Positions 29,606 through 32,000 of a stretch of DNA of 32,000 nt are shown here, in pieces. Position numbers and translations under genes: made by a program. Within the stretch, counting starts at the first letter, position 1; every line of letters begins with the position of its first letter. This stretch comes from Polynucleobacter necessarius. Its GTDB lineage: Bacteria > Pseudomonadota > Gammaproteobacteria > Burkholderiales > Burkholderiaceae. The stretch lies in NCBI RefSeq assembly GCF_900095195.1, contig NZ_LT606950.1:1161946-1193945 (forward strand). Reading direction: 5' to 3'. Under the pieces are notes generated by a model. That model saw only the letters and a program-made list of their open reading frames with translations, searched no databases and had not been told where the DNA came from.

Positions 29606-30377
29606 CAAACAGCTCCCTGACCAAGATAAGCCTTAATGACTTCAGGATGTTTGCGAACGTCGGTAGGATTACCTGCCGCAATCACTTTGCCATAGTCGAG
29701 CACCGTGAGGTTGTTACAAATTCCCATCACCAAACTGACATCGTGCTCAATCAACAGAATCGTTTTACCGTCGGCGCGGATACGCAATAGCAACTCACGT
29801 AATTCCAACTTCTCAGTCGCATTTATACCGGCAGCAGGCTCATCCAACGCCGACAACTTAGGCTCGGTAGCTAATGCTCTAGCAATTTCTAAACGACGTT
29901 GATGACCGTAGGACAAATTGCGCGCCCGCATATTGGCAAAGTCACTTAATCCAACATATGCCAACAATCTGAGTGATTTCTCGCGTATCGATTTTTCCTC
30001 AAGCTTGGTTGCAGGCAAACGCAAGATGGCGCCTAGCAGCCCAGACTTAGATCGGCAGTGACATCCCACCATGACATTTTCCAAAACAGACATTTCACCA
30101 AAGAGGCGAATGTTTTGAAATGTCCTGGCCAGACCAGATTTAGTCACCTCGGATACGGATTCCGGAAAATAGGGCTTTCCATCAAACAAAAAACTCCAGA
30201 GTCTGCTAGATATCAGCCAGTGATAACGTTAAAAAACGTCGTTTTACCAGCACAATTCGGGCCAATCAACCCAACAATCGAATCATGGGGAACTTCCAAC
30301 CCAACAGAATCTAGGGCCTGCACTTCACCAAACCGTTTTGATACATCGGTGACGTCAAGCAAGGGTTTTGAGGGCAT
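29605..30377 (-). pseudogene. livG: branched-chain amino-acid ABC transporter ATP-binding protein LivG, inactivated
   Basis: The N-terminus MPSKPLLDVTDVSKRFG...GLIGPNCAGKTTFFNVITG ends at an in-frame TGA (30213-30215). The same frame continues as YLADSGVF. A -1 shift in the homopolymer at 30188-30193 (A6 on the plus strand) is then needed to join FDGKPYF...LARTFQNIRLF...LDEPAAG...LLIEHD (track ORF 29605..30189). Walker A has Cys in place of Gly (TGT at 30252-30254). Confidence 0.85.
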
Positions 30378-30378
30378 C

Positions 30379-30767
30379 TTAATCACCCCTCCTTTGCCAA
30401 ATACCCCCAGGGCGATACAGCATATCAGAATTAGGGCTAAGCCATAAATTAATTGGCGAATCACTTCAACATCCACAATCACATGCCCAAAGAGTGCACG
30501 CTGAATCGGTTCAGCAACGCTACGTAAAATCTCTGGAAATACTGCTAAAACTACTGCGCCTAAAATCACACTTGGAATATGGCCAATACCGCCAAGTACT
30601 ACCATTGCCAAAACAACAATGGATTCCCAGAGGGTGAACGATTCTGGTGACACAAATCCTTGAAACGCAGAAAATAGCACCCCAGAAACACCCGCAAAGG
30701 ATGCGCCAATTGCAAAGGCCAGTAACTTCATATTTCGGGTATTAATTCCCATCGCTTTTGCGGCGCC
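30379..30767 (-). pseudogene. livM: C-terminal fragment (roughly the last third) of ABC permease LivM, 5-prime-truncated and frameshifted
   Basis: AAKAMGINTRNMKLLAFAIGASFAGVSGVLFSAFQGFVSPESF...VVLGGIGHIPS...LIYGLALILI is a typical LivM C-terminal region. Homology starts abruptly about 14 nt after the livK stop. A -1 shift near 30421-30427 is needed to read the expected end MLYRPGGIWQRRGD-stop (TAA at 30379-30381). Confidence 0.8.
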
Positions 30768-30780
30768 CCTTTGATGTTAT

Positions 30781-31933
30781 TTACATATTGATAACGTCTA
30801 GAACCGTTTTTTCTTGTCCTTGAAGTCGTATAAAGTAATAACGCCCTATTTCATATCACCCTTGCTATCAAAAGCAATATTGCCAATCAAACCATTCATT
30901 TTGGTTTCCGGCATTACTACCAAAACCTTTGTTGGATCGGTAGAGTTGGCACGTTTCATAGCATCAACTAAAACGTAAACAGCGTCGTATGTAAATGGCG
31001 CATAAATTTGTACATCCGCATTAAAACGCTCTTTGTAACGCTTCTGAAATTCAGCCCCTTAATAAGCCATCTTAGAGAGTGCTTTACCAGCCTCAGAGCA
31101 AGTGACATTCACTACAAGCATCATCCGCGAGTTCGGCCAACTTTTCGGTGCACATTCCGTCGCCACCGACAATCTTAGACTTAATACCCAACTCAGCTGC
31201 TTGTTTAGTTAGCGGGCCACCAGTAGCATCCATACCGCCATACATGATGACATCCGGCTTGTGCTACCTTTGATCTTCGTCAGAATAGCTTTGAAATCCG
31301 TTGCTTTGTTGTTACTTGCTTCGCGTGTCACCACTTTAACGCCAGCAGCCTTGACGGTCTTTTCAAATTCATCCGCTAAACCTTTACCGTACTGAGTCGA
31401 GTCATCAATAACGGCCACCGTTTTGGCTTTCAATGTCTTGGCAACATAATCGCCCAATGCTGGGCCTTGTTGCGCATCGGTTGCCACTAAACGATAGGTC
31501 GTTTTAAAACCTTGCTTGGTGTAATCTGGATTAGTAGCAGATGGAGAAATCTGGGTAATGCCTGCGTCACTATAAATTTTTGAGGCAGGGATACCGGTAC
31601 CAGAGTTCAAGTGGCCAACAACGCCTACCACCTTTGCATCCACTAATTTTTGAGCGACTTGTGTTGTCGTTTTAGGATCTTCGGCATCATCTTCTGGAAC
31701 CAAGGTAAGAACCACTTTTTTACCATCAATCGTTAAACCTGCTTTATTAATCTCTTCGAGTGCTAATTTTCATTAGCCTTACCTAAGTGAGCGATTGGAC
31801 CTGTCAATGGGGCGACGTGCCCAATTTTGACTTCGACGCCATCTGCCGAAGCGGCATTATCGCCACCTTTACCGCAACCAGTCATGATTAACGCCACTGC
31901 GGACATAGCGATAGCACTCTTCACAACCTTCAT
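30781..31933 (-). pseudogene. livK: periplasmic Leu/Ile/Val-binding lipoprotein LivK, multiply disrupted
   Basis: It has a signal peptide with a lipobox-like motif, MKVVKSAIAMSAVALIMTGC. LivK-like sequence is recoverable only by switching frames near 31763-31770, 31256-31263, 31116-31120 and 30807-30812, and by reading through an in-frame TAA (31059-31061) and TAG (30846-30848). Recoverable blocks include VKIGHVAPLTGPIAHLGK, LALEEINKAGLTIDGKKV, VGVVGHLNSG, KPDVIMYGGMDATGGP, FNADVQIYAPFTYDAV and GNIAFDSKGDMK-GVITLY. The reconstructed stop is at 30781-30783. Confidence 0.85.
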
Positions 31934-32000
31934 TTTTGACGCCCTTGCATGAATCGTCTGCAGCTCCTTTGTTATGAATATTTCAGTCAACTAAATTTTT

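Noticed and set aside
30213-30215. The in-frame TGA in livG as possible recoding (selenocysteine, or a Trp-reassigned code)
   Set aside because: TGA is used as an ordinary stop by intact genes in the window, for example alaS and thrB. No SECIS-like hairpin is evident. The same gene also has a frameshift and a Walker A defect.
30213-30752. A 179-aa ORF that looks like a natural LivM-LivG fusion protein
   Set aside because: The linker (CCIALGVFGKGGVIK) is the out-of-frame translation of the normal LivM C-terminus (MLYRPGGIWQRRGD-stop). The ORF also lacks the whole N-terminal part of LivM and ends at a nonsense codon inside LivG. It is a frameshift artefact, not a fusion.
1-32000. Searched for CRISPR arrays, IS or transposase genes, integrases, tRNA or rRNA genes and phage-like clusters
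   Set aside because: No intergenic gap exceeds about 165 bp. No repeat-spacer periodicity, transposase or integrase-like ORFs, or tRNA-sized structured gaps were seen.

Overview
This is an AT-rich (by eye, not computed) core-genome window from a streamlined betaproteobacterium. Synteny is Burkholderiales-type: tsaD, folE2-dxs-ispA-xseB, polA-(small secreted protein)-thrB, uvrD/valS-galU, alaS-tusA-like, tctBA, glnS, argD, and a liv ABC operon. A Polynucleobacter-like genome is my guess from composition and gene order, not a search result. I support 21 apparently intact housekeeping CDS (one partial at the left edge) and 2 rho-independent terminators. I found no rRNA or tRNA genes, CRISPR arrays, IS elements or prophage genes. 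I did NOT find a convincing novel multi-gene system such as a defence, toxin or secretion system. The unusual signal is patterned gene decay confined to dispensable functions. (1) folE2 carries a 130-bp internal inversion between 8-bp inverted repeats, plus three frameshifts. (2) A Rieske-type oxygenase is split by a 1-nt frameshift. (3) A small polA-thrB intergenic gene may carry an in-frame TAA. (4) The branched-chain amino-acid ABC importer operon is in ruins. livK has about 6 lesions. livH and the 5-prime part of livM appear deleted at a junction directly after the livK stop. livM has a frameshift that creates a fake LivM-LivG fusion ORF. livG has a nonsense codon, a frameshift and a Walker A substitution. 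Only livF is intact. Most frameshifts are -1 events in A/T homopolymers, while equal or longer homopolymers inside essential genes of the same window are intact. That argues for real reductive (endosymbiont-like) erosion rather than sequencing error. Minor observations cover start-site and promoter geometry, palindromes and gene overlaps.
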